Position numbers and translations under genes: made by a program | Assembly (NCBI RefSeq): GCF_006345805.1 | Contig: NC_042998.1 | Coordinates: 136,896,001-136,960,000, forward strand | Source of the DNA: Octopus sinensis | Lineage: Eukaryota | Direction: 5' to 3' | DNA length: 64,000 bases | Notes under the pieces: generated by a model | Told to the model about the DNA's origin: nothing | The model's input: the letters and a program-made list of their open reading frames with translations, nothing else | Database searches by the model: none | In this document: one piece after another, positions 52,160 to 64,000 of the stretch | Numbering within the stretch: the first letter of the stretch is position 1 | Layout: each line of letters starts with the position of its first letter

Positions 52160-54845
52160 GAGAACAGGGTTACCCGCAGCGGTGCCAAAGTTTTTTTCAA
52201 AACGTATAGAATTCTTTTTCAAAGCGAAGAGAATCTGATCAAAACGTACAGAATTGTACTGAAGCCCCAAATACAGTGAAAGCGAAGATTTTATAATTTT
52301 TTGATTTGGAAAACATTAATGAAACGTCGAATGTTTGGACATCAAAAAGAAAAATCATCTTCGTAGGAAGTTCTCTGTTGTACAAATTTTTTCCAATAAT
52401 GTTTTATAAAATTTTTCATCCGGCTCCCACATCGTACAATCGGTATTTCGTTACAAAGTTTTCGTCTTCTTAAATGCATTAGGCGTAGAAGTTTTCAAGC
52501 AATTTCGATTTTTAGTTTTGATATTGTGGAAACAGCGAAAATTCTTTCTGACGATGCAGAGGAGTGTGGTAAAGAAAGAAGACTGAGCATAAAGGATGAC
52601 AACAGTGAGTAGTGGTACTCATCACCACATTTCTCTTGTGAAACAGCAAATGACATTTTTTCTGGCTCGTTATACGGGATGAAAGAACAACCTTGAACCG
52701 TCAAGTGGTGCCATTCCTGAATAATTTCTTCGAAATCTTTTTCATCACAAAGACTTGGTAATCGCATGATAAGTGATATAATTGACCTTGGCCTTCCTTC
52801 AATTATTTTGTAAGTTCTAACGCCTCTAGTAATCCCAAATTGTTCTGCATATCGCAAGACGAAAATTGCACGAGCATTTGATTTGAAAGACTAACAAAGA
52901 ATCGTAGTATATTCTGTCGGAAAGTCAACAATTCATCAGGGGCAATGGTGGTAGCATTTTCGTATAAATTTCTCTCACCTACAGCGCCAAAGTAGATACA
53001 ACTAATGGTTGGTGTGTCGTTGTATCGTTGGCATTAATGTCACACACATTAATGACAGAAAGTAAGTCAGGTCTGATGAAATTGCTCAAAATTCCCTTCA
53101 TTCTAGCGCTGGTGGCTCTTTTAAGATTATGCATCAGACAGCCTTCAGTCTGGAATTCCAGATTTAGTTTGTTAACGTCGTTTAAAATGAAAGAGAGAAA
53201 TGCTAAATACCTCTTTGTAAGAGGATTCTTCATTTCAGTGAGAATTCGTCGAGCCGTAATCGGACATCCACTTTCTAATGTTGCTTGTGGGAAATACGTC
53301 AGCAGTGTTGGCCACTGCTCTAAAATGTGCTGCACAACTTGCTTGAGAGACAGCCATATAGTGCAAAATGCATGCAGGATTTTGTGATGAACAATTGAAG
53401 CTATTTTCTACTGATCTTTGAATTCATTGATACGCTTAGGACTGTGACTAAAGTATGCATAAATACTTTTTGTAATTCATTGTATGCGTTTGATGAACAT
53501 AAGTGTAAAGAATAACAACACAGGCTTGCACAAAAAGATCTAGCCTATTCTGCTTTAACACATTGTTTGCTTCCCGTCATAACATTTGCATTATCACAGG
53601 CGAAACCAATCAAATTTTCCAGAGGAATAGCCTGTTCGTTTAAATATGACAGTTTTATATACCCGTAATACTGCAATCTTGTATTTCTATAAGTGTAAGA
53701 AAATCGTCGATTGCCTTTTGAATTTCAACGTCAGAATATCTGGAAACTAAGACAAGTTGTTTTAGTGTTGAATCATCAGTTGTTTCATCAATAACAAGAG
53801 AGAATTTTGATGAATGAAGTTTTTTTTTTAATAAAGCGTTGAAGCTGTAGTAGGGGCCAATGGCTTTAAGAAAGATGCATGTGCCTTTCGTTCGAGCACA
53901 CTTTGCATCCTGGATGATTTTAGAACCATGACAGGCGTTTGCAACAAGGCCAGGTAAGTGGTCCAAAATATAAATTGGGATATTATGCTCAGCAACAAAT
54001 GCACATTATTTTAATTCAGCAACTGCTACTTTCTTGGAATGTGAAGAAAACGATGAGGCCTCGAAATAATTGGTCAACTTTTTTGCTTTATTTGCTTCAT
54101 TTGCATTCTTGCGGTGTTTTTTCTGTCTGTTCATGTCGTAAAATTTGGATCAAACTACCGACAATTTCATACTTGCATAATATGCATTTGCGTTTAGCTG
54201 TATCGTTCTTTCTCGCTCCACTCCAACCAACTAGAAAAGTTTTCATCGCACAACAAATCTAGCCTTCTTTTTATCTGGTGCTTCGTTTATTCTCCAAGAA
54301 TGTTCTGTTTTCAAGTTCTATCACTCATATCTTCCTCCAGTTATAGTTCTATAAGATTTATTTGAATTAATCAAATTATTAAACACATTACATACCGTTT
54401 AAAATCTGGGTTAAGAAATCTATATTTGTGTTCAGACTGATACGGCGGGATTGTATAAATAAGCGCTAAAATTGAGCCTAACTTATCAATTTTTTTTAAA
54501 AACAATTACCTTCCTTCATTCTGTGAGAAAACTTCGTGCTATGACATCTATGGCATAGTAAACAGGACGTATATACAGTCACCCAAAATTACAGATGCCC
54601 TTGACGTCATTAGTCAACGCGTGCATGCATGCAGACGCGTTTGCGAAAGCAGACCGGGCGTACTTTTATTTTCATAAAGCTCACAAACACCCATATGTGA
54701 AAAATCAATCAATCAATGCGTCAAAACCTGAATTTTAAAAACCAATGACAAGATCACTAAAACGTACGTTTGCTAAACGTACAGTTCATCAAACTTTTGG
54801 CCAAAACGCACAGATTTGTACGAACGTACAGTCATTGGCATACAG
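52160..54845 (-). mobile_element. Degenerate hAT transposon
   Basis: ORFs with FSLVIDETTD (catalytic D) and LPHSSASSERIF (hAT dimerisation domain); subterminal AAACGTACA repeats at both ends. Confidence 0.85.
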
Positions 54846-55834
54846 GTAGGTAACTTGTCTGTATGCCTAACGGGACATACAAGTAACTTACCTGTATGTC
54901 CAACGGTAACGGTGCGTACAGGTCACTTACCTGTATGTCTAACGGGAGCACTGTTCCAGATATAGTAGCAATACTCCATTGCAATCTTTTCTATAAATCT
55001 TAGTAACTGGAAGAAAAGTATTTCCAGGCTCTGAAGAATGGATAAATGGATAGAATGAGAAGTGTGATTCTGACCAATGTATAGGTAGAAATATAGAATT
55101 TGGCTTGTTAATTATTGATTGCCCAATAACAGGCTGCCTATTAGCGGAAAATGAATTGTTGTTCATGTAGGAATCAGAAATCAGGAGTACCATATTTTTG
55201 TAAAGGACCATAAAGAGCATAATGCATGGCCCTGAGAAGTAAAGTCGCTGGCGACAAGTTTTAGTTATCCATTCTTATTTCATTGCACTTTCAACCTTTC
55301 TGAAACAAACAAGGAAACACAGACCGTTTCCTCATAGATGGAATTCGTGATTGTAGGTTCTTGTGAAATAGAAGTTGAGGGAATGAAATATGATCGGCGA
55401 TGATACAGGCACGGGATTGACGTGCTAGTGTTGAATATAACTATGTTGAAGCTAAATAGTTTTCCACTTTGTGATACTTAATCTTGAAGTTATTGACCTA
55501 AGCACAGGTGTGGAGTGGTTTGAAGAAATATAACTGATCTAGTATGAGTGGAGCCGAACAAGATAAAATAGATGTAGGTGTGAGAATCAGAAAAATACGA
55601 GAAATTGAGAGACTTGTGTGGTAATGCGGAACGGAAAGATATAAGGAAATGAGGAAGGCGTTAGAAAACATGTAGATGTAAATTCTGAGGTAATGAAAGG
55701 AATTTTTGAAGGTATTGAAAGAAGTTAATTAAGCACACATTAGATGACAAGAAATAAATTATAAAACTAAATCTTACATTTCGTTTTTGATTTGGTTTAC
55801 AAGATACATTATGTTAGTTCTTTATTGAAGCATA

Positions 55835-55962
55835 TTCTGTTGTGTCTGGGGAGAGTCATTTTCTGTTTGTGCCTTATAATTTAACACACTCACAGGTAAA
55901 ATTTCTACTTATTTCCACTTATAAGGCACAAAAGAAAATGACTCTCCCCAGACATAACAGAA
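55835..55962. mobile_element. Small foldback element/MITE (about 45-bp arms)
   Basis: TTCTGTTGTGTCTGGGGAGAGTCATTTTCTGTTTGTGCCTTATAA ... TTATAAGGCACAAAAGAAAATGACTCTCCCCAGACATAACAGAA. Confidence 0.8.
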
Positions 55963-56184
55963 CTAAATCTTTTACTTTGTAATTATTATTCACTCACTAA
56001 CAATTCGATACTGTCATGAACAGATAACAGACAGACATATAAACAGATTCATTGCATTTAGGTTACGTAATCTTAGATTAAATAAATGTAAATTACAGAG
56101 ATGGAGATGGGGAAACATCTTGGTGACCAACCCCAACCAAAATAATTATGACGACAACGCTGCTGCATTTGCTTATAGAATTTA

Positions 56185-56237
<53 letters not shown>

Positions 56238-57654
56238 CGTTGCTATTATGTAAATATGTCGTAAGTCAAAACGTTGCTTTTTCAGAAAACGAAAACAGTT
56301 TCACCATTCCAATATTTTTACGTCAGCAACAATTTCAGCTTAGGAATGATACTTTGTTGGGTGCATAAAATCGTAACTTTATGCATTATATTTTCAATCA
56401 GAAAGATTTTGTAAAATTGACGTATGTGGAATTAACTACACTTTTGAAAGTTGCTAGACCGTTGTACTACACTTTGACAATTTTCATATCTTGGCATACT
56501 TCTGAAACGGGAAACCCTCCACCAGACGTGCCTTTATAACACCTGGTCAAGGCAACCAACACCAACCAATACCACCAACAAACCCTGCCCCGACACCAAA
56601 ACGTGTAAAACTCCAAAGGATAACACCAACGAACAAAACCCCTCTCCAACTAGCACAATCACTAACATTAAAACGCAAAACAACCACACAACAGATCAGG
56701 AATTGGAAGAGGTAGCTAAAAACAAAAAGAAGGAAAGAATAAACATGCACCACAGACACACACCACAATACCAGCACACCCCTACACACACACCTGAAGC
56801 TCATACTCCAGAATCTGTCTTCAACATCACGGCAATCAACACAAAGAATACAACAGAACACATAAACGAAAATCCCTGCATATCACATTTCAACGTCCAT
56901 TCTTCAAATTCACAAATTCCTGAACACATCCAATTAATAAAATTTGATTGTCATTCACATACGTAACTAAAAGAACAATATCCCAAAGACACTGGAATAT
57001 TACAATTAAATTTTAGTAAACACATTTACCGGAACTGAATCAACGACGCCCCACAAGCCACGACGAGAGGGGAGGATAAATCTACATCCTCCCATCACCA
57101 AGTAAGTAATTAATTTCATTCATCTTGGTTTCGTTCAAGCTTGTTGGTGTGAATGTACGTGAATGTGGTTGACAAGAGTGAAAGGAATTAAGACGGGCAA
57201 CTTTCTCTCTGGCCAAGGTTTATCAAATATGTCCTTACCATCCCAAAAGATAAATAAGGCTAGAGAGAGAGAGAGAGAGAGAGAGATGTCACCGCCGCGT
57301 GTGTTCAGGACTAGATGGATAGCAGTGGTGCGATCGTTGAGTATGAATGTGGCCAACTTGAACGTACTACTGTAAGTCTCCTTTGTGAGAGCAGTGCTAC
57401 GTCGTGGCTTGTTGGTTATCCATAACCAACATTTCATCTTGTCACATCATGCCTAATTATTATTTTGCTATTTCTTTTCATATTGTTCTTACATCCGCAC
57501 ATTCAACCCCTTTGTAGACTCCTAATTGTTCTTGTCTGTCCTGTATCGTCCATCTAGTGGCGAATAAAGAATTAATTTTTCATATCTTGGCAAATGATAC
57601 AGCTGGAGATACGATAGTTTGACCACGAGAACCAGTTCTTAAAAGCAAAAGTAT

Positions 57655-58298
57655 TCTTTTCTACTCTAGCTACAAAACCCGAAATTTTGGGGGAAGGGGA
57701 CCAGTCGATTAGATCGATCCCAGTACGCAACTGGCACCCGAAAGAATGAAAGGCAAAGTCGACCCCAGTCGAATTTGAACTCAGAACGTAAAGACAGACG
57801 ACATACCGCTAAGCATTTCGCAAGACGTGCTAACGTTTCTTATTTCTTTACTGCCCACACACAGAGCGGACAAACAAGGACAGACAAACGGATTAAGTCG
57901 ATTATATCGACCCCAGTGCATAACTGGTACATATTTAATCGACCTCGAAAGGATGAAAGGCAAAGTTGACCCCGGCGGAATTTGAACTCAGAACGTAGCG
58001 GCAGACGAAATACCGCTCAGCATCTAGCCATCGTGCTAACGTTTTTGCCAGCTCACAGCCTTCGACAGACGAAATACCTATTTCTTTACTACCCACAAGG
58101 GCCAAACATAGAGAGGACAATCAAGGACAGATAACCGGATTAATCAATTACATCGACCCCAGTGCGTAACTGGTACTTATTTAATCGACCCCGAAAGGAT
58201 GAAAGGCAAAGTCGACCTCGGCGGAATTTGAACTCAGAACGTACGGCAGACGAATTACCGCATAGCATTTCGCCCCTGCGTGCTAACGTTTCTGCCAT
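57655..58298 (-). mobile_element. Tandem stack of three partial Octopus SINEs just 3' of OctTK-I
   Basis: Repeated GAAAGGATGAAAGGCAAAGTCGACC..CGGAATTTGAACTCAGAACGT. The same family occurs at about 9660-10000, 13388-13540, 16727-16830, 26340-26447, 27100-27300, 35040-35150 and 44483-44763. Confidence 0.85.
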
Positions 58299-58445
58299 TT
58301 GGCTAAATTTGGACATACGACAGTTTAACATAGGAGCAACGATATACAATGAAACGTGTTTATATATACTCAGAGAAGAGGATTGTAAAAACATGTACAA
58401 TTATTAAACGTAAGAAGTACAATACCTGAAATATTTTGGTAACAT

Positions 58446-58477
58446 TCATTTCTTAAGAATATATGGACGACGAGAAA
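58446..58477 (-). CDS. OctTK-I: OctTK-I precursor, coding exon 2 (V-SRRPYILKK-stop; neurotensin-like hexapeptide RRPYIL)
   Basis: Minus strand reads TTTTTTTCTTACAG|TT TCT CGT CGT CCA TAT ATT CTT AAG AAA TGA. Polypyrimidine tract plus AG acceptor, phase-compatible with exon 1. Spliced ORF is 264 nt = 87 aa, ending ...KRGPPKKVSRRPYILKK. Confidence 0.92.
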
Positions 58478-58668
58478 CTGTAAGAAAAAAATGCTTATGC
58501 TATAGCATATTATATTAAATAGTAACATTTGAAAGTGACTAATTTATTAAGATAAATAATGACAGTGGCCTTGAGTAGATCTTTTCCCAGTCCCTATGAC
58601 GAATTTAAAACTTTACAAATCATAGCCTTCTAAACATGAAGTTAATTACAGTCAAAATTATATATATA

Positions 58669-59032
58669 CTAGCAGTATCGCCCGGCGTTGCTCAGGTTTG
58701 TAAGGGAAATAACTATAAAGCATTTTTAGAGAGTTATAGCCAAAAATAGCAAAAAAATGGAAAAAATAATGGTAAATTTTTTTTTGAGATTTAAAAAGGT
58801 GGAGTTGCGTCCCCTAGACAGTTTGTGGTTGTGTTTCTGATTCTCGACCCCATGTCGAATTTATCGATTTTTTTTCAGAAGTGGGGAAACTTTTCAAAAT
58901 TTTCGCTGCGTTAGTTTTGAATTATGACATTGGGCTATGTGTGTGTCAAGTTTCATCAGAATCGGTTGAAAGCCGTGGTCAGGGTGAGGGTACAGCAAAC
59001 AGACACACAGAAACACGCACAGACAAACTGCC

Positions 59033-59085
<53 letters not shown>
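58669..59085 (-). mobile_element. Non-autonomous Helitron-like element in the OctTK-I intron
   Basis: Reverse complement of the 10453-10826 family (CTAGCAGTATCGCCCGGCGTTGCTC...); 5' end expanded into (TA)n. Confidence 0.8.
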
Positions 59086-59088
<3 letters not shown>

Positions 59089-59119
59089 GTTTATATATTT
59101 GTTGTGCAAGTTTTTTATG

Positions 59120-61200
59120 TGAAGTCGTGTGTTGAAACAGATATTGTTATATTTCGGAATGGTCATTTTGCCAGTTTAGCCAATAAAATCACACGCACTA
59201 TATATTTGGTGTTACTTCGCTTCAGTAGATGTTTAAGAGGTAGACCGCCCACAATTACTTCTATGGCTAGGAAGACCCATATAGAAAGATGGCGCGGATG
59301 GACCAGAGCCATACGGAGCCCCGCAAATGTCCATCAGGTAAAGAAAATGATCGCACATGCACTAGCAGCTAGTATAAGAGTTACCATAAAAGGCCACACG
59401 TTTAAGGTTAACAATAAAATATATGCCCAGAACGAGGGGGCAGCCATAGGCGTTAGTATCGCTGGTGATAGAAGGCTTAAAGAACACCTAACACAGAACT
59501 CCATACTCGTAAACATGTACTCTCGCTATGTTGATGATATCAACATAGTGGTAAAGGCACCCACACAAGAGAGAACTGTTGATATATAGTAATACTAATA
59601 CTATGGCGAGCATCCAGCAAATAGCTAACTCCATCCACCAGAGTATTAAGGTCACAATAGACTAACCCACTAAACAACCCAACCATAGACTATCAGTACT
59701 AGACACTGAACTCTGGCTAGAAATTGTGAATAATAAAACCCAAATCTTTCATTCATACTATGCCAAACCTATGGCCTCAAAATACTTGATCCACCGGAAC
59801 TCAGCCATTGCGGACAATGCCAAATTCAATATTTTGATGGCAGACCTCGTCAGAATAATGAGAAATGTGTCACGCATGTGCGAGCCTACAGAGTTAAAGA
59901 GACACATACAATTCACCGCATGCAGTTCTCAGGTTACAGCCATAAAGAAAGGATCAGAGTATACAAAGGAGCCATGAAGAAATTTGATAATATATTATGT
60001 AATGATAGGAATGGGATTTGCCCACTCTATAGGAACAAGTCATGGAACACTATAGAAAGGACAAAAAGAAAATAGGGAAGGCAAATCTTGGTATGATAGC
60101 CATAAATACCAGAGTGTCATGTTCGTTGACACCACCCCTGGAGGTGAACTGGTGTACCGCTTTAGAAGGACCCTACACAAACTTAAGCTAAGGATTAAGG
60201 TTGTTGAAAAGCCAGGCAACCCTATCAAATCTATAATTGGTAGAACCTATCCTTTTAGTAGAACCCCCTATACTGATAAGTACTGTACTGTATGTAGATT
60301 TAGCCCACAAACTGTAAAGCCAGAAACGTAGTCTATAGTATAAGATGTATAGAGGGACGATGCAGTAACAAGACAACGCAATACGTAGGGAAAACGACAA
60401 GAAGCATAGGAGAGCGGGTAAATGTATATTGGAGACAACTCAAGAAAGGTAAAAGCTCATCGATTCTGTACCAATACGCCGAACAGGAACACGGGGGATC
60501 AATCAACAACATAGAAATTAAAATATTGTCCACACATAGAACAGATGCAACAATCAGGCAAATTACAGAGGCTACACACATAATAGAAAATAAACCTAGC
60601 CTGAATAGAAAACTAGAATGGAACAATAGCACACACACCACACATATGACGTTAGAGGATCCCGAAAACATAATGAATACACAGATAATAAACAAATAGA
60701 AATAAAAAAACTATATTTTATAAAATTTATTATTATTATAACTAGTATTGTTGTTATACATACATACAAGCATATGTAATGATAATAATAAAGGGATGTA
60801 AACACTTGAACAAAATAAGAATAAACAAAAACAACAACAAAAACAAACTACATGAACGTATATAAACAGAAGATACAAATAGTACAAGCATCCCACCCAC
60901 ACACACACTAAATAAACATAGACGCACATAGAGATATAAGCATGCGCAAATGAAGACATACAATAGAAATACAAAATGGCTGACGGTTAGTAAGGAGAGA
61001 CACAAATAAGAAAGAAGAAAACAAAGGACCACTGATGCGGTCACAGGAGTGTGACGAAAGAACTCTGGCCGAAATAAGATGAAGATTAATGTAAAAAATA
61101 AATAACACTGAAGCAAAGTAACACTAAATATATAGTGCGTGTGATTTTATTGGCTAAACTGGCAAAATGACCATTCCGAAATATAACGAGATATATATAT
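59120..61200 (+). mobile_element. Penelope-like retroelement remnant in the OctTK-I intron, with about 90-bp inverted ends
   Basis: GAAIGVSIAG, YSRYVDD, GIY-YIG remnants; 59135-59226 is the reverse complement of about 61087-61190. Confidence 0.85.
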
Positions 61201-61355
61201 ATAGCCGAGGTTATAGTAGAATACACTTTGCCCAAGGTGCCACGCAGTGGGAATGAACATTGAACCATGTGGTTGGTAAGCAAGACACTCCTGCGCCTGT
61301 ATCAAAGAAATTAATTGTAAACAGTAAAACTAATAATAGTAATTTAAAATTTTAC

Positions 61356-61587
61356 CTTTTTTCGGTGGACCTCTCTTACTTGTTTCAGACATAGAACCAG
61401 GATGTTGAATTAATCGTCGTGTCAACTCTTCAGAACGTCCCATTAAGCCTATGAATTCTGAGGATGAAGGAGGTTTAACTTCAGATCTTTTAATCAAATT
61501 ATGTGCTGTAAGCATGTCATCAGCAGAACTGGCTTCAAACACTCCAGCAATGAAGATACAACACAGGATCAAACCTACTCTAATCAT
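61356..61587 (-). CDS. OctTK-I: Octopus tachykinin-I precursor, coding exon 1 (signal peptide, KR-SEV-KPPSSSEFIGLM-G-R, spacer, SKRGPPKK)
   Basis: Translates MIRVGLILCCIFIAGVFEASSADDMLTAHNLIKRSEVKPPSSSEFIGLMGRSEELTRRLIQHPGSMSETSKRGPPKK. FxGLM-G-R tachykinin/amidation signature; TATAAAA 62 nt upstream (61649-61643); phase-1 GT donor AAAG|GTAAAA at 61355. Matches the O. vulgaris salivary OctTK-I precursor as I recall it. Confidence 0.96.
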
Positions 61588-61642
61588 GTTGAATATAGAA
61601 ATCACAATAAGAATCTGTATGGAATATTAGGGATTTCTCAGG

Positions 61643-61720
61643 TTTTATAGAATTTTCTTCTCAAATTTTGTGAGATCTGTCACATGGCATATGGTTATAC
61701 ACATGTTCTGACGTTTCCAA
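61643..61720 (-). promoter_or_regulatory. Core promoter of OctTK-I with TATA box
   Basis: TATAAAA at 61649-61643, 62 nt before the ATG; flanking sequence conserved with the promoters at 42236 and 2696. Confidence 0.7.
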
Positions 61721-63133
61721 ACGCCCTGTCAGCAATTTTAAAGACGCACACGACCACTCTACAGTTCACATCACTTATCCCTAATTATGTCTAAAAGCTA
61801 TTGACTTATTGATTATATTCTTGAATAATAACATTTTAATAGGGATACGAAGAATTTGGAAACATTTCAAAACATTCAGCACTGTTTATAGCTACACTTT
61901 GTAATTTCATGTTTCTAAGTTCGATCACAGTTCTCTTTCACGATGATCTCTGGTTGACCAATAGTGTGTGAGTGCAATCTGGACACAATCATAGATACTC
62001 TTTTTCTACTTTTTTCATTTCATAATTAAAATGCAAGAAATTGTTCATAATCTCATGTTTCAAGCTTAGTGTTATAAATTACATAAATGAGGAGGCTGTT
62101 AAGAAAGTACCTATACGGCTTTGGCTGTAAAGAGATGATCGGTAGGATAAGGAAAATGTCGATTGCACACCGGCTTAAGCTTGATTACCTACAGAACGTA
62201 GCTTGTATAACTCGCAATACTCAGTGATTCCAGACATAATACGACGCTGACGATGTGTCCAAGTATTCCATCTATTTAATGTACATCTGTGCGTTAAGTT
62301 AAAAGGACGAAAAGCATTTTTGTATGGGTTGTTAGAAATCCTGATCTCGAGCAGTTACGATTTTTGTGAAAGGAAATCTTCATCTGAAGCAGTTACGGTT
62401 TTATGAAACCCCAGCATTATCAGTCAATTAGATTGTCTATAGACATTCGTTAAAATTCCAATAAATGAAAAATATTAAAATTAACGTAATCAGTTCAGTA
62501 AATTGATGCTGAGCGAATAGTATTTCCCTTTTGCCTGATCACATCAAATAATAAAGGTTTCTACTATCTCTCACTTCTTTGCTGAAATTCTCAAATAACT
62601 CTCGATCATTCATTTCTTTGACCAATGACGTTCCAGTAGATATTCTAGCATTTCCAAAGTTGGAAAATACTACAATATTTGTCCAACTTTGGAAATATTA
62701 GCATCCAATTTCCTTCACCATGGATTACTATCTAACCATTCTCTCTGATCATGGAGTTACCTTAGGAATACCCGATTTAACTGGATTTATCCTCCCTTTC
62801 TAGACATAATGAACCACGTCAACTATCGCTAATGAGGAACGTTCTTCCACTGTTACCTATATTTAACCTATCACTCTCCAACCACAGAATACTCAGTATA
62901 CGGAATATTTTCCTCAACACGATGTCACAGTAGCTCAGATATCCTGAAAACAATTGTCAGAGACTATTCTTTTATTTGTTTCAGTCATTTGACAATGGCC
63001 ATACTGGAACACCGCCTTATTTTATTTAGTTAAATTAAATGTCCTTGTCAAGTCATTTTTGCTAAACTGTTTGCCTTCTCTTTTCTACTTACTTTTCTAC
63101 TTCGTGTATATATGTATTATATATATATATATG

Positions 63134-63181
<48 letters not shown>

Positions 63182-63597
63182 TGTGTGTGTGTGTGTCTGT
63201 GGTGTGTGTATGTGTGTGTGTTGTGTGTGTGTGTTGTGTGTGGTGTGCGTTTACAGCCTTGGCCAAAAGTATTAGGCCACCCCGATGTTTCGGAGTTCTG
63301 CTATCTCAATGTTAATGAAATTCGTGCACATGGTAGATTCTGGTATATTTCACAATATACATCAGTTTTAATACCTGGCTGACTTCTCTTTAGCATCAAT
63401 AACCGTTTTTATACCGTTAGGCATTGAATCAGCTAGTTTCTTGCAGGTGCTAGGAGCAATTTTACACCAGTCTTCTCTCAACTTTTGACCATTGCGCACC
63501 GTTCCAATTTCAGTGGTTTTGTGGCCCGCTGAAGACATTTTTCCATATTCGTTTCAGAAACCCACAGCTTCTCCCTGGTTTTACAGCCTTTCAGACC

Positions 63598-63825
63598 TAT
63601 TTCTTTATTACCCACAAGGGGCTAAACACAGAGAGGACAAACAAGGACAGACAAACGGATTAAGTCGATTACATCGACCCCAGTGCGTAACTGGTACTTA
63701 ATTTATCGACCCCGAAAGGATGAAAGGCAAAGTCGACCTCGGCAGAATTTGAACTCAGAACGTTGCGGCAGACGAAATACTGCTAAGCATTTCGCCCGGC
63801 GTGCTAACGTCTCTGCCAGCTCGCC
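63598..63825 (-). mobile_element. Full-length Octopus SINE with 12-bp TSD
   Basis: GGCGGCGAGCTGGCAGAG...GGGTAATAAAGAAATA; TSD GCCTTTCAGACC at 63586-63597 and 63826-63837; empty site in the left arm (about 40347). Confidence 0.92.
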
Positions 63826-64000
63826 GCCTTTCAGACCGTACTCTACAAGCCTTCTTCTAACAGTTCTGGTTGATATTTGTGAAGTACTTGCCCTGTTGAA
63901 GTCTGTACAGAGCTCCGACAATGTTTTTTCTCCTGTTTCTGAGCGACTGAAGGATGTTGTATTGGATCCATTTTTCATCACATATTACAATTCGATTCAG

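Larger units (their letters stand above)
59079..64000 (-). repeat. Right arm of the inverted segmental duplication (runs to the window edge)
   Basis: As above; 64000 corresponds to about 40188. Carries an extra SINE (63598-63825) and 59102-59455, which are absent from the left arm. Confidence 0.95.

Noticed and set aside
54939-55220. 93-aa minus-strand ORF as another secreted peptide
   Set aside because: No convincing signal peptide, dibasic sites, TATA context or similarity to the family.
56467-57437. Overlapping ORFs on both strands
   Set aside because: Low-complexity, C/A-skewed decayed retroelement-like sequence with no coherent domain; not classified.

Overview
Eukaryotic, AT-rich, microsatellite- and transposon-dense DNA from an Octopus genome (vulgaris species complex, judged from the tachykinin sequences and SINEs). 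Among Tc1/mariner, hAT, Helitron, CR1, Penelope and SINE remnants lies a cluster of five short secreted-peptide precursor genes, probably posterior-salivary-gland (venom) genes. (1) A complete two-exon OctTK-I precursor on the minus strand (61587-61356 + 58477-58446). After the tachykinin KPPSSSEFIGLM-amide it encodes a dibasic-flanked 13-mer, GPPKKVSRRPYIL, whose last six residues are identical to vertebrate neurotensin(8-13). (2) An inverted duplicate of the tachykinin gene (42298-42525) that has lost this exon and can splice to the terminal exon of a neighbouring gene. (3) A divergent tachykinin precursor (2758-2910, DPPLDDEFISIM-G-stop). (4,5) Two paralogous precursors that I do not recognise, sharing promoter, signal peptide, a DAFSLEKR motif and a 3'-UTR intron (19928-19659 minus; 44994-45485 plus). 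The window also records how the cluster turns over: an inverted duplication with a multi-step template-switch junction, a direct duplication whose second copy deleted a tachykinin gene, and an assembly gap that probably hides a further paralog. Comparisons with published peptides are from memory and need database confirmation. Repeat boundaries are approximate.
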